Below, in pieces: positions 49,139 through 59,948 of a DNA stretch of 64,000 bases (position 1 is its first letter; each line of letters opens with the position of its first letter). The position numbers and the translations under genes were made by a program. The notes beneath the pieces are model-generated. The model did no database searches. It worked only from the letters and a program-made list of their open reading frames with translations, and had not been told where the DNA came from. Location: positions 2,863 through 66,862 of the forward strand of contig JBCQVM010000005.1 of the NCBI GenBank assembly GCA_047173105.1. The letters are read 5' to 3'. The stretch is from Rikenellaceae bacterium (lineage in GTDB: Bacteria > Bacteroidota > Bacteroidia > Bacteroidales > Rikenellaceae).

Positions 49139-49218
49139 ACGTCATCCTCGCGAATGCGGGGATCTTAAGTGAGAAGCTTACACTTTGTTTTAAGATTCCC
49201 ATTTTCACTGAAATGACA
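49139..49218. repeat. family-A element, degraded right arm
   Basis: ACGTCATCCTCGCGAATGCGGGGATCTTA ... TTAAGATTCCCATTTTCACTGAAATGACA. Confidence 0.8.
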
Positions 49219-49226
49219 GACAGTCT

Positions 49227-50498
49227 CTATTTTTGGGGTGCGACACGCACTTTGACAAGCTCAATTCGGGTGTGTGTAGTGCGTAGGATTTTAAATTCGT
49301 AGCCGCCAATAAGCACACTCTCGCCCGGCACGGGGATCCCCTTGTGGGTGTAGATAATATATCCGGCCAAGGTATCGTAGTCGTCCGATTCCTCGAATCC
49401 GAGGTCGTAGCGCTCGTTGAGGTACTTCACCTCGAGACGACCCGCCAAGAGGTATTCGCCATCGCTAAGTTGGCGCTCGATCATCTCGGGCTCGTCGTGC
49501 TCATCTTCAATCTCGCCGAAGATCTGCTCCAAGACATCCTCCAAAGAGATCACGCCGGCCGTACCTCCGAACTCGTCGATCACCACTGCAATATTGCGTT
49601 TGTCTTTGGTAAGAGTCTGAATAAGAAGGGTTAGCGGCATTGACTCGGGCACACAGTTGATGCTCTTAACGATCGATGCAAGATCCTCGGGTTCGCGGAA
49701 GAGCACCTTGGAGTTGACATATCCGATGATGTTGTCGATGCTGCCGCGCCACACAAACAAGCGCGAATATTTGGTCTGCGCAAAGCGCTCGGTTAGATCC
49801 TCGATCGAGGTTGATTCGATATCCACCGCCTCGATGTCGATACGCTGGGTCATGCAGTCACGCACGCGCAGATCGGCGAAATCTAAGGCATTCTGGAATA
49901 GCTTAATCTCGTTCTCGGTCTCGCCCTGCACCTCGGGTGTCGAAGCATCTATCAGGCTTGCTAAGTCCGACCTATCGAAGCTCACCACGGCACTCTCGGC
50001 ACTTGTCTTGCGACCAAGGAGACGCAGAAGCAACATCGAGAGCATGGTAGTAAATTTGGCTATCGGATAGAGCAGCAGGTAGAAAAAATAGATGGGAGCT
50101 GCGAAGATCCTAAAGTAGAAATTGGGGTTGTTTTTAAAGATCGACTTGGGCAGAAACTCGCCAATAAAGATAATCATCAGAGTCGAAAGGGCTGTCTCTA
50201 TCACCACCGAACCATCGGCTGCGATAGCCTCCCACCCGAAGTGAAGAGCTGCAACACGCACCAAGCGCGACATAAAGAGCGAATAGATAACAAGCGCGAT
50301 GTTATTGCCCACCAGAATAGTGGTGATATATTGCCCGGGGTTGTTCGAGAAGATCTCGACGAGGTAGTCGAAAGCTCGACTCTGCTTGCGCTCGATCTCC
50401 AACTTCAACCTATTTTTGCTCACAAAAGCGATCTCCATACCCGAAAAGAATGCGGAGAGAAGCAACATTGAAAGGACAATAATAATGATATTTAACAT
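49227..50498 (-). CDS. CNNM/hemolysin-family protein (DUF21 + CBS pair + CorC_HlyC), GldE-like
   Basis: 423 aa. N-terminal four-TM DUF21 domain, CBS pair, and a C-terminal transporter-associated domain. Confidence 0.88.
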   Translation of the reverse strand: MLNIIIIVLSMLLLSAFFSGMEIAFVSKNRLKLEIERKQSRAFDYLVEIFSNNPGQYITTILVGNNIALVIYSLFMSRLVRVAALHFGWEAIAADGSVVIETALSTLMIIFIGEFLPKSIFKNNPNFYFRIFAAPIYFFYLLLYPIAKFTTMLSMLLLRLLGRKTSAESAVVSFDRSDLASLIDASTPEVQGETENEIKLFQNALDFADLRVRDCMTQRIDIEAVDIESTSIEDLTERFAQTKYSRLFVWRGSIDNIIGYVNSKVLFREPEDLASIVKSINCVPESMPLTLLIQTLTKDKRNIAVVIDEFGGTAGVISLEDVLEQIFGEIEDEHDEPEMIERQLSDGEYLLAGRLEVKYLNERYDLGFEESDDYDTLAGYIIYTHKGIPVPGESVLIGGYEFKILRTTHTRIELVKVRVAPQK

Positions 50499-50531
50499 CT
50501 TTGCTCTAAATTTTCGTTGGTCATATCGAGG

Positions 50532-51371
50532 CTATTCCCTCTCCAGAACCTCGTCGGGTGCCTCACGTCGGCGCCTCGCGTCGGGACTCATCATTCGCTC
50601 GTCGGGCATTCTGCGAGCTCGCTGCTCATCGCCCTCGCCCTCTAACTCTGGGGCACGCCCCGCGGGTGACATCGAGACGTTGGGTGAACGCTCGGGACGC
50701 TCCTCCTCGGGTCGAGCGATGGGTGGCTTTGCTATCTCGGCTGCCGGCTGCTCCGCTCGAGGCTCTACTCGCGGCTGCTCGGTGGAGTCGCGCTCGGTGG
50801 TCGAGGTGTCGACCAACATGCGCCCCTTCATCTTGCGGAAGCTCCACTCCTTCATATCTTCATCCGACTCAAAACCCTCGCCATTGTAGACATCGCCATT
50901 GGCGGAGTTGACGATCTTGGTATCGACGTTGGAGTAGATGCGTTTGGTCACGGAGTTCCAGAATAGCTGCTGTGTGTAGAGCTCCTTGCCATCGTGCTTG
51001 ATGATGACAACATCGCCCTTGACCTCCCACAGTTTGAGGTTTGAGTAGTATATTCCATAGTTTGCCGTAAGTGTGGCGTCGACCATGGTGAGTGAATCAT
51101 TGAGGTATGTGATGATATCCACCCCTCGGCGGAACTCGCGATAGGGCTCTCGCGCCAAGGTGTATCCCTCCATACGCGGTGCGGTGAAGCGATACGAGAG
51201 GCGGCCATTCTCCGAGACCACGATGGCGATATTGTCGCTCGACTCGGTCATAAGGGTCTCGCGAGAGACAGGTGCCGAGCGTTTGGTGGAACTCTCACAC
51301 GATAACAGCGAGATAGCACTCCCCACAATGAGAAGTGCTACCAAGCAGTTATTTATAAGTGTTTTGCGCAT
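50532..51371 (-). CDS. LptC-like periplasmic LPS export protein with ~90-aa disordered Arg/Glu/Pro-rich C-terminal extension
   Basis: 279 aa. Lipobox-like LLSC. OstA/LptC-like beta-jellyroll segment (LWEVKGDVVIIKHDGKELYTQQLFWN, GEGFESD). Confidence 0.65.
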   Translation of the reverse strand: MRKTLINNCLVALLIVGSAISLLSCESSTKRSAPVSRETLMTESSDNIAIVVSENGRLSYRFTAPRMEGYTLAREPYREFRRGVDIITYLNDSLTMVDATLTANYGIYYSNLKLWEVKGDVVIIKHDGKELYTQQLFWNSVTKRIYSNVDTKIVNSANGDVYNGEGFESDEDMKEWSFRKMKGRMLVDTSTTERDSTEQPRVEPRAEQPAAEIAKPPIARPEEERPERSPNVSMSPAGRAPELEGEGDEQRARRMPDERMMSPDARRRREAPDEVLERE

Positions 51372-51384
51372 TAACGCGTCGAAA

Positions 51385-52737
51385 TTATCTATATCTTACT
51401 GTAGTCGAAACACCAGACACTACGCCGTGGTTCACGCGATAAGAGCTACCCTCACCAACCTCGTTGAAGAAGCACTCCTCTTGGGTTGGGAACGCACTAC
51501 GATAGCTTGCCGCCATAGCCTTAGCTGGCTCGAGATATGCAGCCTCGTCTGATGTGAAGTTAGCGATCGCCTGTTGCATCACATCGTATGCAGCCCAGTA
51601 AACTGCCATACAAGCGAAGTCCGCGCAAGAGCCTACCGAACGAGCGTAACACTGTGCCTTAACGAATAGTGCAACACCATTGTCCGAGAGTGTACCATCG
51701 TCGGTTGCGATAGCCTCGGAAGCAACTTTGAGTGCCTCTGAGTACTCCTCAGCAGCGAATTTAACCAATGAGATACGGCTAAGAAGCTTCTCGCGCTCCT
51801 CGATATCCTCCTCAACTGCAAGCGCCTCGTAGAGGTACATCGAAGCCTTGGTATAGTCAGCATCGTTCTGGAAGATCGAAGCCAACGCCATTGCCGACTG
51901 CGATGTTGGACGCAACTGATACATCTTCTCGGCTGTAGCCACATAGAATGGAGAGCTACAACGAGCACGATCCATAAGCGACATCGCCTTAGAGTATAGG
52001 TCAATATCCTCGGGAGCAGCTGCCAAACGCTCAGCAAATAGAGCCTCCAAGTTCTCGCAACTTGCAGCACCACTCACGCCAAACGAGCCATCGAACTTCT
52101 CTTTGAATTCAAGACCTGCCTCACCCAAAGCCTCGAAGTATGGGGTTAGGCGATCGTACTCTACGAGTACCTCATCGGCCATAACCTCGTCCATCTGGTA
52201 ATCGTCGCAAAGGTTTTGGAAGTAGATACATACCAAGTCGGGCTTAGTCTGAGCGCCACCCGCCTCGATTGCTGCTTTGAAAGTTACGCGAAGACCCTCA
52301 CGATCTTTTGGGCGGTATGTTGCATACATACGAGCCTTGCTATCGAGGATCTGAGCAGCGCCATAAGTTGCATGGGTAGCGAAGTGCTCCAAACGAAGGT
52401 CGTGCATCAACATCAATGAGTCGATGTATGAGTTTTTCTCAGCCAAGGTGCGAGCGCGGTTGATCTTGTTACGATAAAGAAGGATACCACGCGCATAGAC
52501 TGTGTGAGACGCCTTAGGTGCGTTGGTGATCAATAGATTAAGGTAGTTTGTCGCAGCATCGTAATCTTTGTTGTCGATTGCCTCCTTAAGGAACGAGCTG
52601 TTGAGCATATTCGCTTGGCGCTCCTCTGCTGTCTCGCCCCATGGTGCCCACTGTGGATCGTTGTAATCAACCTGAGCCTCAGCGCTAAATGCGAGAGCCA
52701 CAAAAGCTAATGCTAAAAAAAGTTTAATTTTCTTCAT
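51385..52737 (-). CDS. secreted helical-repeat (TPR-like) protein
   Basis: 450 aa. Signal peptide MKKIKLFLALAFVALAFSAEA. All-alpha repeat-like composition. Confidence 0.6.
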   Translation of the reverse strand: MKKIKLFLALAFVALAFSAEAQVDYNDPQWAPWGETAEERQANMLNSSFLKEAIDNKDYDAATNYLNLLITNAPKASHTVYARGILLYRNKINRARTLAEKNSYIDSLMLMHDLRLEHFATHATYGAAQILDSKARMYATYRPKDREGLRVTFKAAIEAGGAQTKPDLVCIYFQNLCDDYQMDEVMADEVLVEYDRLTPYFEALGEAGLEFKEKFDGSFGVSGAASCENLEALFAERLAAAPEDIDLYSKAMSLMDRARCSSPFYVATAEKMYQLRPTSQSAMALASIFQNDADYTKASMYLYEALAVEEDIEEREKLLSRISLVKFAAEEYSEALKVASEAIATDDGTLSDNGVALFVKAQCYARSVGSCADFACMAVYWAAYDVMQQAIANFTSDEAAYLEPAKAMAASYRSAFPTQEECFFNEVGEGSSYRVNHGVVSGVSTTVRYR

Positions 52738-52775
52738 GTTTGTTATTTTTAGTGATTTTATTAATGCATTCTTTC

Positions 52776-54119
52776 TTAATCAAACTTAGGTCGTTGGAAC
52801 CAATAGTCCTCGCCAAGGAAGGTAAATCCTAAAGCAATCTTAAAATAGTTTTGGCGAATAAGTCCAGTCGACGAATCAACACCTACTAAGATCGAACTCG
52901 AACCGCGCGAACCATACTCAAGACCCACGTCAATCTTCGAGAAGCTACCTCGTTTAATCGGGAAGCTCGCACCGGCAGTCACTGCATATTGCTCGATCTC
53001 CTCTCCGTCGAATGCCTGCTGGTAGCCTCCATAGCGAAGTCCACCACGATAGGATACTCTACGGAAATAGTTACGCACATCGTTGCGGTTGGGTGTATAC
53101 TGCGCACCCACCTTAAAGGTCGAGAAGTCGTTGTAGGTCACCGCAACGCCCTCGGCTGTATACTCCACAAAGTCGGCATTGCCCGACAACCAATCTTGGT
53201 AGGTGTAGTCAGCTCCCAACATCCACTTGTGGTTTTGGTAGGTTACACCCGCTGTGAGTTGACTTGGCATAACAAGCGAGATCTCCTCCTCGATCTCCTC
53301 TGCCACGATCGAGAGCAGCGAACCGCTACCCACCACATAGTGCTCATAGCGAGGCGAGATATCGCCGCCGAAGTCATACGTAGCACCAAAAGTCAAGCTG
53401 CGTTGCGAAGTGCGGATAGCAGACCACTGCACACCCAACTGCGCCTTGATGCTCGAGACAACATAGCTGGTCTCACCGATCGTCGAATAGTACACATCGT
53501 TACCTGTGACCACATATGGCGTCACTGAGAACGCGCGATAAACAGTACCCCAATAGTAGCGCGCTGCGATACCAAACGAGAGATCCTTGATAGGCTCCCA
53601 GCCCACTCCAAACTTAACCTCTGTGACGTCGCCACCACCCTCGTAGACGTAGCTAATAAGGCCGATGTCGGTGAAGTTCTCCATCGTCGAGATCACATAA
53701 CCCGAGCTGCTGTAAGGGCTTACGCTGAGCGCCATACCCATACTCTCGCCCAATGGCAACTGGATCGCGATATCGTGAATATTGCCCGTAGCGTAGGAGT
53801 TGCTTACGCTCGATCCATCTACTTTTTGCGCATTGAAGTAGTTCGAAGCCTCGGCGCCATAGCTAAAGAGCACGGTGCGGTTGAAGGTCGAGCTATATGC
53901 TGCAGGGTTCAAAAGGTTCACCTCGGTAGGTGTACGCAAAGCCACACCCACGCCACCCATCGAACGAATCGAGAGGGTACCCGGAGTTGCTATCTCACCC
54001 AAGCCATACATCGAGTAGGGCGAATAGGTATTAATACTTCCATAACTCTGAGCAAAGAGAGTTGGCGTCACCATAAGCAGCATCGAAGCTACAATTAACA
54101 AAAATTTATATCTAAGCAT
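52776..54119 (-). CDS. outer-membrane beta-barrel protein (unassigned family)
   Basis: 447 aa. Signal peptide, alternating Tyr/Gly/Ser-rich strands, C-terminal aromatic-rich FKIALGFTFLGEDYWF. 8-nt overlap with coaX. Confidence 0.6.
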   Translation of the reverse strand: MLRYKFLLIVASMLLMVTPTLFAQSYGSINTYSPYSMYGLGEIATPGTLSIRSMGGVGVALRTPTEVNLLNPAAYSSTFNRTVLFSYGAEASNYFNAQKVDGSSVSNSYATGNIHDIAIQLPLGESMGMALSVSPYSSSGYVISTMENFTDIGLISYVYEGGGDVTEVKFGVGWEPIKDLSFGIAARYYWGTVYRAFSVTPYVVTGNDVYYSTIGETSYVVSSIKAQLGVQWSAIRTSQRSLTFGATYDFGGDISPRYEHYVVGSGSLLSIVAEEIEEEISLVMPSQLTAGVTYQNHKWMLGADYTYQDWLSGNADFVEYTAEGVAVTYNDFSTFKVGAQYTPNRNDVRNYFRRVSYRGGLRYGGYQQAFDGEEIEQYAVTAGASFPIKRGSFSKIDVGLEYGSRGSSSILVGVDSSTGLIRQNYFKIALGFTFLGEDYWFQRPKFD

Positions 54120-54831
54120 TATAATCTAAAATTGTGGACAACCCCTTAAAGAGAATGTCCCGGTCTGCAAATATCGCATTTTTAATTTGTTTATCAAAGA
54201 AAATTGAGTCTCCACCCGAAAAAATTACAGATAATTCGCACTTTTTTTTCTTTCGCTGGCTAATATAGCCCTCAATTTCGTAACGAATCCCATTTATCGC
54301 ACCACTTGCAATAGCCTCGTGGGTCGTGCAAGCGATCCGATCGGAGCACTGAGAAGGGGTGCAAAGTGGCAGTCGAGCCGTAAATTCGTGGAGCGCTCGC
54401 AAGCGTGTGGAGAGTCCCGCCGAGATGTAACCGCCCTCAAAAATGCCATCGGCCGAGATAAAGTCGATGGTAATTGCGGTGCCAAAATCGACCACCATAA
54501 GCTCCCTGCCGCCATAAGTCGCGTAGGCTCCAACAGCTGCAGCAAGCCTATCGGCACCCAACATCTCGCGCGCGTATTTCACCTCTATCGGAGTGGCAAG
54601 AGTAGCATCAAAGAGCAGGCAATGCCCCACCACCGAGCGCACAAAAGCAGCATCGTCCGAGGCTGCCGAGCGCGTCGAGCAGAGTATAGAACGCTCTATA
54701 CGGTGCTGTGCCGCAACCTCCTCGAGAGGCAGATCCGCAAGCTGCTCTGTGCTATACCTCGCCACAATCTGCCCAGTATCGACCACCGCAGCTTTGACCA
54801 AGGTATTGCCAATGTCAATTGCTAAGTTCAT
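54112..54831 (-). CDS. coaX: type III pantothenate kinase
   Basis: I prefer the ATG at 54831 (MNLAIDIGNT.VK), which also removes the overlap with mfd. Motifs: VDFGTA, GGY.ISAG. Confidence 0.88.
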   Translation of the reverse strand: MNLAIDIGNTLVKAAVVDTGQIVARYSTEQLADLPLEEVAAQHRIERSILCSTRSAASDDAAFVRSVVGHCLLFDATLATPIEVKYAREMLGADRLAAAVGAYATYGGRELMVVDFGTAITIDFISADGIFEGGYISAGLSTRLRALHEFTARLPLCTPSQCSDRIACTTHEAIASGAINGIRYEIEGYISQRKKKKCELSVIFSGGDSIFFDKQIKNAIFADRDILFKGLSTILDYNA

Positions 54832-54850
54832 TAAATTCTCTATTATCGGG

Positions 54851-57800
54851 TTAGAACGAGAGGAGCAATTTGTATGCCTCCTCAATATCTTTCACTCCTC
54901 TAACGGTCATTGCCAATCGGTTATTGTTTTGGCGCAAGACAAATTTGTCGGGGCGCTCGGTGATGGTTTTGAGCAGCGAGAGGAAAAGTTCGCTCTTGTA
55001 GTATGGCGAATTCTGCTCGCCCACGAAGCTGATGATCATGAGTCCATTCTTCACCTTGACGCGCTCCATACCCAAACGGATAGCCTCGCGGCGCAAGCGA
55101 ACCACATTGAGTAGCTCCTCACTCTCACGCGGCATACGGCCAAAGCGGTCGACAAGGCGTGTGGCAAACCCCTGCAACTCCTCCTCGCCGGGCAATGAGT
55201 CGAGCTCGCGATAGAGCTTAAGTTTCTCGGCAGCGGAACCGATATAGGCATCAGGCAGCGAGGCGGGCACCTCGACCTCGATATGCGAATCCTCGATGTA
55301 GCGCAACTGCTCCACCACCTCCTGCTCCTTGGGCGATAATCCTGCCACATCTAACCCCTCTTGGCGCAGCTCCGTGATCGCCTCCTGCATAATTCGCTGG
55401 TAGGTCTCAAAGCCGATATTGGCGATAAATCCACTCTGCTCGGCTCCCAACAGGTTGCCCGCACCACGAATATCGAGATCCTGCATAGCGATATTAAAGC
55501 CCGAGCCCAAGTCCGAAAACTCCTCGATCGCACGCAACCTGTGGCGAGCATCCGAGGTGAGCATCTCCTCGGGCGGCGAGAGCAAGTAGCAGTAGGCGCG
55601 CCTATCGCTACGCCCCACGCGACCACGCAACTGGTGGAGTGCCGAGAGGCCGAAGCGGTGTGCATTGTTGATTATGATGGTGTTAGCATTGGGTACGTCG
55701 ATTCCATTCTCGACGATCGTTGTGGCCAACAAAAGGTCATATTCGCCATAGATAAAGTCCATCACCACAGCCTCCAACTCCTTGGGTGGCATCTGTCCAT
55801 GACCTACCGCCACTCGTACTTTGGGGCAAATTCGCTCGATCATGGCCTTGATAGCGAAGATATCATCGACTCGATTGTGCACGAAGTAGACCTGACCTCC
55901 GCGCTCGATCTCCTCTGTGATCGCCTCGGTTATAATCTCCTCTCCGAAGAGGTGCGACTCGGTGACGATTGGTTGGCGGTTAGGCGGTGGTGTGGAGATC
56001 ACCGAGAGGTCGCGCGAGCCCATCAGCGAGAACTGCAAGGTGCGCGGAATGGGTGTCGCCGTGAGGGTCAATGTGTCGACACTCACGCTGATCTGAGTGA
56101 GTTTCTCCTTGGCTGCCACGCCAAATTTTTGCTCCTCGTCGATTATCAAAAGCCCTAAATCGCGGAAGTGAACTCCCTTGCCCAAGATCTTGTGAGTACC
56201 GATCAAGATATCAACCTTACCCTCCTTGAGGTCGGCCAAAATTGCGTTGACCTCGCGCGTAGATTTGGTGCGATTAAGGTACTCTATGCGGATTGGGAAG
56301 TCGCGCAAACGCGAAACAAATGAGCGATAGTGCTGCATAGCGAGGATCGTCGTAGGCACCAACACCGCCACCTGCTTACCATCGGTGGCCGCCTTAAAGG
56401 CAGCGCGGATCGCCACCTCGGTTTTGCCAAATCCCACATCACCACACACCAACCTATCCATCGGCTCGCTCGACTCCATATCGCGCTTAACGGCCTCCGA
56501 GGCTGCGTTCTGGTCGGGGGTATCCTCATACATAAACGACGCCTCCAACTCCTGCTGCAAGTAGCCATCCGCCGAGAAAGCAAAACCACTGCTCGCCTTG
56601 CGCTTAGCGTAGAATGCGATAAGTTCGCGCGAGATATCTTTGACCGCCTTTTTGGTGGTATTCTTTAGTTTCTGCCAAGCTCCGCCACCCAATTTGTAGA
56701 TCTTCGGCGGCTCCCCCTCGCCACTCTTATATCGCGCAATACAGTGCAAGGAGTGGACATTGACGAAGAGCAAATCTTGGTCTTTGTAGATGAGTTTGAT
56801 CACCTCGCGCTTGGTGCCATTCACGTCGATTTTGACCAATCCGCCGAACTTAGCCACGCCATGGTCGTAGTGCACCACATAGTCGCCCAATTTAAGCTCG
56901 TTGAGCTCAGCAATGGTCATCTGTTCGTCGCGCTTGATCTCATCCTTGATCTTGTAGCGCTGGTAACGGTCGAATATTTGGTGATCGGTGAAGAGTCTTA
57001 TTTTTAGGTCATTATCCACAAACCCACCATGCAAAGGCAAAGGCACTGAGACCACCTCCAAACCACGATAACCCGCCTGATAGAAGATATTCTCGAGCCT
57101 CTCGACCTGAGCCAAGTTGCGCGTTGCGAAGTATGTTTTGTAGCCTCGTTCGGCAAAAGAGAGCATATCGCCGGCCAACATCTCGAAATTCTTGTTGAAC
57201 TCGGGTTGTGGCTGCGTGGCAAAATTCACTTCAACCTCGGCAGAGCGCTCGGCAATATTGTCGCGCAGTGTCAGCACACAGCTGCCCGCCATATCGGCTA
57301 ACAGACGATTGCGGCTGGTGACCTTGGAGTCGATCTGCGAGGGCTCCTCCATTTCGGCGAGGAGTTTATGGCGTAGGTCGTTGACCTTTTTGAGTGCGTA
57401 GGTGGGATCAGTGAACCAGTAGTTGACCCCTCCGGTGAACTCCGCAAAGCTCACTCGGCGCTCATCCTGCACACTATTTTGGTTGAAGTTGGGGAGGATC
57501 ACCGCCCGCTCCACCTTATCGTAGGAGAGCTGATTGGAGATATTGAAACGTCGGATGGAGTCGACCTCATCGTCGAAAAGGTCGATACGAAAAGGGCGCG
57601 ACTCGCTAAACGAAAAGACGTCGAAGATACCCCCACGCGAGGAGTATTGCCCGGGCTCATAGACAAAATTCACCTTCACAAAACCCATCGCCTCGAGCAT
57701 CTCTACAAGCAGCTCGACCGAGACACTCTCGCCAACCTTAACCACGATCTGCTCGCGCTCGATCACCGCATCGTCCACCACGCTCTCGGCCAAGGCCTCG

Positions 57801-58195
57801 GGATAGGTGCAGACGACAGTGTAGGGCATCGTCGAGCTCTTTGCTGCTGCCGCGCCACGCAAGCGATTGAGGGTCGAGGTGCGTTGCACTACCCCATTAG
57901 CATCCTCCTTGCCATAGACGATCGAACGCTTAAAGGAGGTGGGCAGGAAAAAGATATGCTCCTCGCCTAACAGGGCGTAGAAGTCGTTGAGCAGGTAGGC
58001 CGCTGCATCGCGATCCTCCTCAACGAAGATATGTACCCCACCCACGGCACTAATTGTGGCTGCGGCATAGGACGAAAGAGCACTACTAACCAACTCCTTG
58101 AGGTGGATAGTAGTGCTATTCTTCAATGCTTTTTTGAGCTGCACCACCCCCTTAGAGGTGGCGAATTGCCCTATGATGTTCTCCTTGCTTTCCAT
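54851..58195 (-). CDS. mfd: transcription-repair coupling factor Mfd
   Basis: 1114 aa. UvrB-homology N-terminus, CarD/RID, SF2 helicase (GDVGFGKTE, DEEQ.FG, QLRGRVGR), TRCF domain. Confidence 0.96.
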   Translation of the reverse strand: MESKENIIGQFATSKGVVQLKKALKNSTTIHLKELVSSALSSYAAATISAVGGVHIFVEEDRDAAAYLLNDFYALLGEEHIFFLPTSFKRSIVYGKEDANGVVQRTSTLNRLRGAAAAKSSTMPYTVVCTYPEALAESVVDDAVIEREQIVVKVGESVSVELLVEMLEAMGFVKVNFVYEPGQYSSRGGIFDVFSFSESRPFRIDLFDDEVDSIRRFNISNQLSYDKVERAVILPNFNQNSVQDERRVSFAEFTGGVNYWFTDPTYALKKVNDLRHKLLAEMEEPSQIDSKVTSRNRLLADMAGSCVLTLRDNIAERSAEVEVNFATQPQPEFNKNFEMLAGDMLSFAERGYKTYFATRNLAQVERLENIFYQAGYRGLEVVSVPLPLHGGFVDNDLKIRLFTDHQIFDRYQRYKIKDEIKRDEQMTIAELNELKLGDYVVHYDHGVAKFGGLVKIDVNGTKREVIKLIYKDQDLLFVNVHSLHCIARYKSGEGEPPKIYKLGGGAWQKLKNTTKKAVKDISRELIAFYAKRKASSGFAFSADGYLQQELEASFMYEDTPDQNAASEAVKRDMESSEPMDRLVCGDVGFGKTEVAIRAAFKAATDGKQVAVLVPTTILAMQHYRSFVSRLRDFPIRIEYLNRTKSTREVNAILADLKEGKVDILIGTHKILGKGVHFRDLGLLIIDEEQKFGVAAKEKLTQISVSVDTLTLTATPIPRTLQFSLMGSRDLSVISTPPPNRQPIVTESHLFGEEIITEAITEEIERGGQVYFVHNRVDDIFAIKAMIERICPKVRVAVGHGQMPPKELEAVVMDFIYGEYDLLLATTIVENGIDVPNANTIIINNAHRFGLSALHQLRGRVGRSDRRAYCYLLSPPEEMLTSDARHRLRAIEEFSDLGSGFNIAMQDLDIRGAGNLLGAEQSGFIANIGFETYQRIMQEAITELRQEGLDVAGLSPKEQEVVEQLRYIEDSHIEVEVPASLPDAYIGSAAEKLKLYRELDSLPGEEELQGFATRLVDRFGRMPRESEELLNVVRLRREAIRLGMERVKVKNGLMIISFVGEQNSPYYKSELFLSLLKTITERPDKFVLRQNNNRLAMTVRGVKDIEEAYKLLLSF

Positions 58196-58211
58196 TGAAA
58201 GAGGTGTTGAC

Positions 58212-59762
58212 CTACTTCTTTATTAAATTCTTGCCTTTTTTGTCATAGTAAGAGACATCGAGGATGCCCATACTCTGGTCAGTGGTAACCTTGATCTCAC
58301 ACTTATACTTAAACGCCCAGCGACGACGAAGCGAAAGAAGCCCCTTGCAGAGGTATGCCGCTATGTAGTTGCTAACACGCAAGTTAATATATTTGGTCTT
58401 GCGGTCGATCGCCAAGAACGAGATCTGGTTCTCGATGGTCTTATCCAAGAGGATCGTTGGTTGCACCTTGCCGGTTCCTTGGCATGCGGGGCAGATATCC
58501 TCGGTGTTCTCGATTGGCACGGGACGCACTCGTTGGCGAGTGATCTGCATCAATCCGAATTTGGTGATAGGCAAGACTGTATGTTTTGCTTTGTCGGTCG
58601 ACATCAACTTAACCATCTCATCGTAAAGCAGTTGTCGGTTGGGAGCTTTATGCAGGTCGATAAAGTCGACAATCACAATTCCACCCATATCGCGCAAGCG
58701 CAATTGACGTGCCACCTCTGCAGCTGCCGCCAAGTTCACGTCGAGCGCCGTCTGCTCTTGGTTATCCTCGGCATTGGTGCGGTTACCCGAATTGACGTCG
58801 ATAACGTTCATCGCCTCGGTGTGCTCGATGATCAGGTAGGCGCCGCGGCGAAGCGACACATACTTGGCAAAGAGTGACTTGATCTGCTTGGAGATATCGA
58901 AATTGTCGAAGATCGGCACTGAGCCACGATAGAGCTTCACGATCTTCTCCTGCTCGGGTTGGATCATGCGGATATAGTTGCGGATGTTGGTGTACATTGC
59001 CTCGTCATCAACAACAATTTGTGAAAAAGAGCCATTGAGCGTGTCGCGAATAATGGCGTTAGCACGACCCAACTCTCCCATAATAAGGGCAGGGTTGGAG
59101 TTCTTGCGCACATTCTGGAGGATCTCGCGCCACTTCTGGAGTAGCTGCTCGATATCTTGCTCGATATCCTCATCCTTGGCCGAGATGGCCGCAGTGCGGA
59201 TAATCACGCCGAAGTTCTTGGGGAGCACCGCCGCCGCAATGCGACGCAAACGCTTCTTATCTTCGGTTGAACGAATCTTTTGCGAAAGGAAAACTTTGTT
59301 GGTGAAGGGCACCAAAACCACATTGCGCCCGGCGAGCGAGATCTCCGAGGTGAGGCGTGGCCCCTTAGTCGAGATCGCCTCCTTGGTGATCTGAACCATA
59401 ACCAACTGACCCGACTGGAGGTGCGAGCCAATCTTGCCGCTGCGCTCCAACGAGTCGTTGAGCTTGAGCGACTCGACCTTCACACCTCGCTTGGAGGGCT
59501 GGTGGCTCGAGACAACCTTGTTGAGACTCTCGAAATGGTTACCCAAGTCGAGATAGTGGAGAAACGCGTCGCGCTCGTGGCCGATATTGACAAAAGCCGC
59601 ATTGAGCCCGGGCATGATCTTACGCACCTTGCCCAAGTAGATATCGCCTACAGCGAAGCCGGTCTGGCTCTGCTCCTTGTTGAGCTCGACCAGAACTTTA
59701 TCCTCGCACAGGGCGATGGAGATCTCCGTTGGGGTTACATTTATTACTAACTCTCGATTCAT
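58212..59762 (-). CDS. rng: ribonuclease E/G family protein
   Basis: I prefer the ATG at 59762 (MNRELVINV...). S1 domain (GDIYLGKV), DNase I-like/Zn-link motifs (IDVNSG, CP.C.G.G). Confidence 0.9.
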   Translation of the reverse strand: MNRELVINVTPTEISIALCEDKVLVELNKEQSQTGFAVGDIYLGKVRKIMPGLNAAFVNIGHERDAFLHYLDLGNHFESLNKVVSSHQPSKRGVKVESLKLNDSLERSGKIGSHLQSGQLVMVQITKEAISTKGPRLTSEISLAGRNVVLVPFTNKVFLSQKIRSTEDKKRLRRIAAAVLPKNFGVIIRTAAISAKDEDIEQDIEQLLQKWREILQNVRKNSNPALIMGELGRANAIIRDTLNGSFSQIVVDDEAMYTNIRNYIRMIQPEQEKIVKLYRGSVPIFDNFDISKQIKSLFAKYVSLRRGAYLIIEHTEAMNVIDVNSGNRTNAEDNQEQTALDVNLAAAAEVARQLRLRDMGGIVIVDFIDLHKAPNRQLLYDEMVKLMSTDKAKHTVLPITKFGLMQITRQRVRPVPIENTEDICPACQGTGKVQPTILLDKTIENQISFLAIDRKTKYINLRVSNYIAAYLCKGLLSLRRRWAFKYKCEIKVTTDQSMGILDVSYYDKKGKNLIKK

Positions 59763-59873
59763 AAAATCGAAATTTGATTTATGCAAAGCCTGAGCTTCGC
59801 TATTTGTGCACATCGCCAATCGCCAAGAGTGTTAAACAGATAGCTGCTGCGATGCAATAATTTGACTATTAAC

Positions 59874-59911
59874 GTATTAAAGCTAAAGAGAAAACTCTTT
59901 AGCTTTAATAC
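59874..59911 (-). terminator. hairpin downstream of the hup / small-basic-peptide genes (possible terminator, no U-tract)
   Basis: GTATTAAAGCTAAAGAG-AAAA-CTCTTTAGCTTTAATAC, a 17-bp perfect stem. Confidence 0.45.
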
Positions 59912-59948
59912 TTCGTTGACATTATAAGTGTCTGCCCACAATCGGTCA

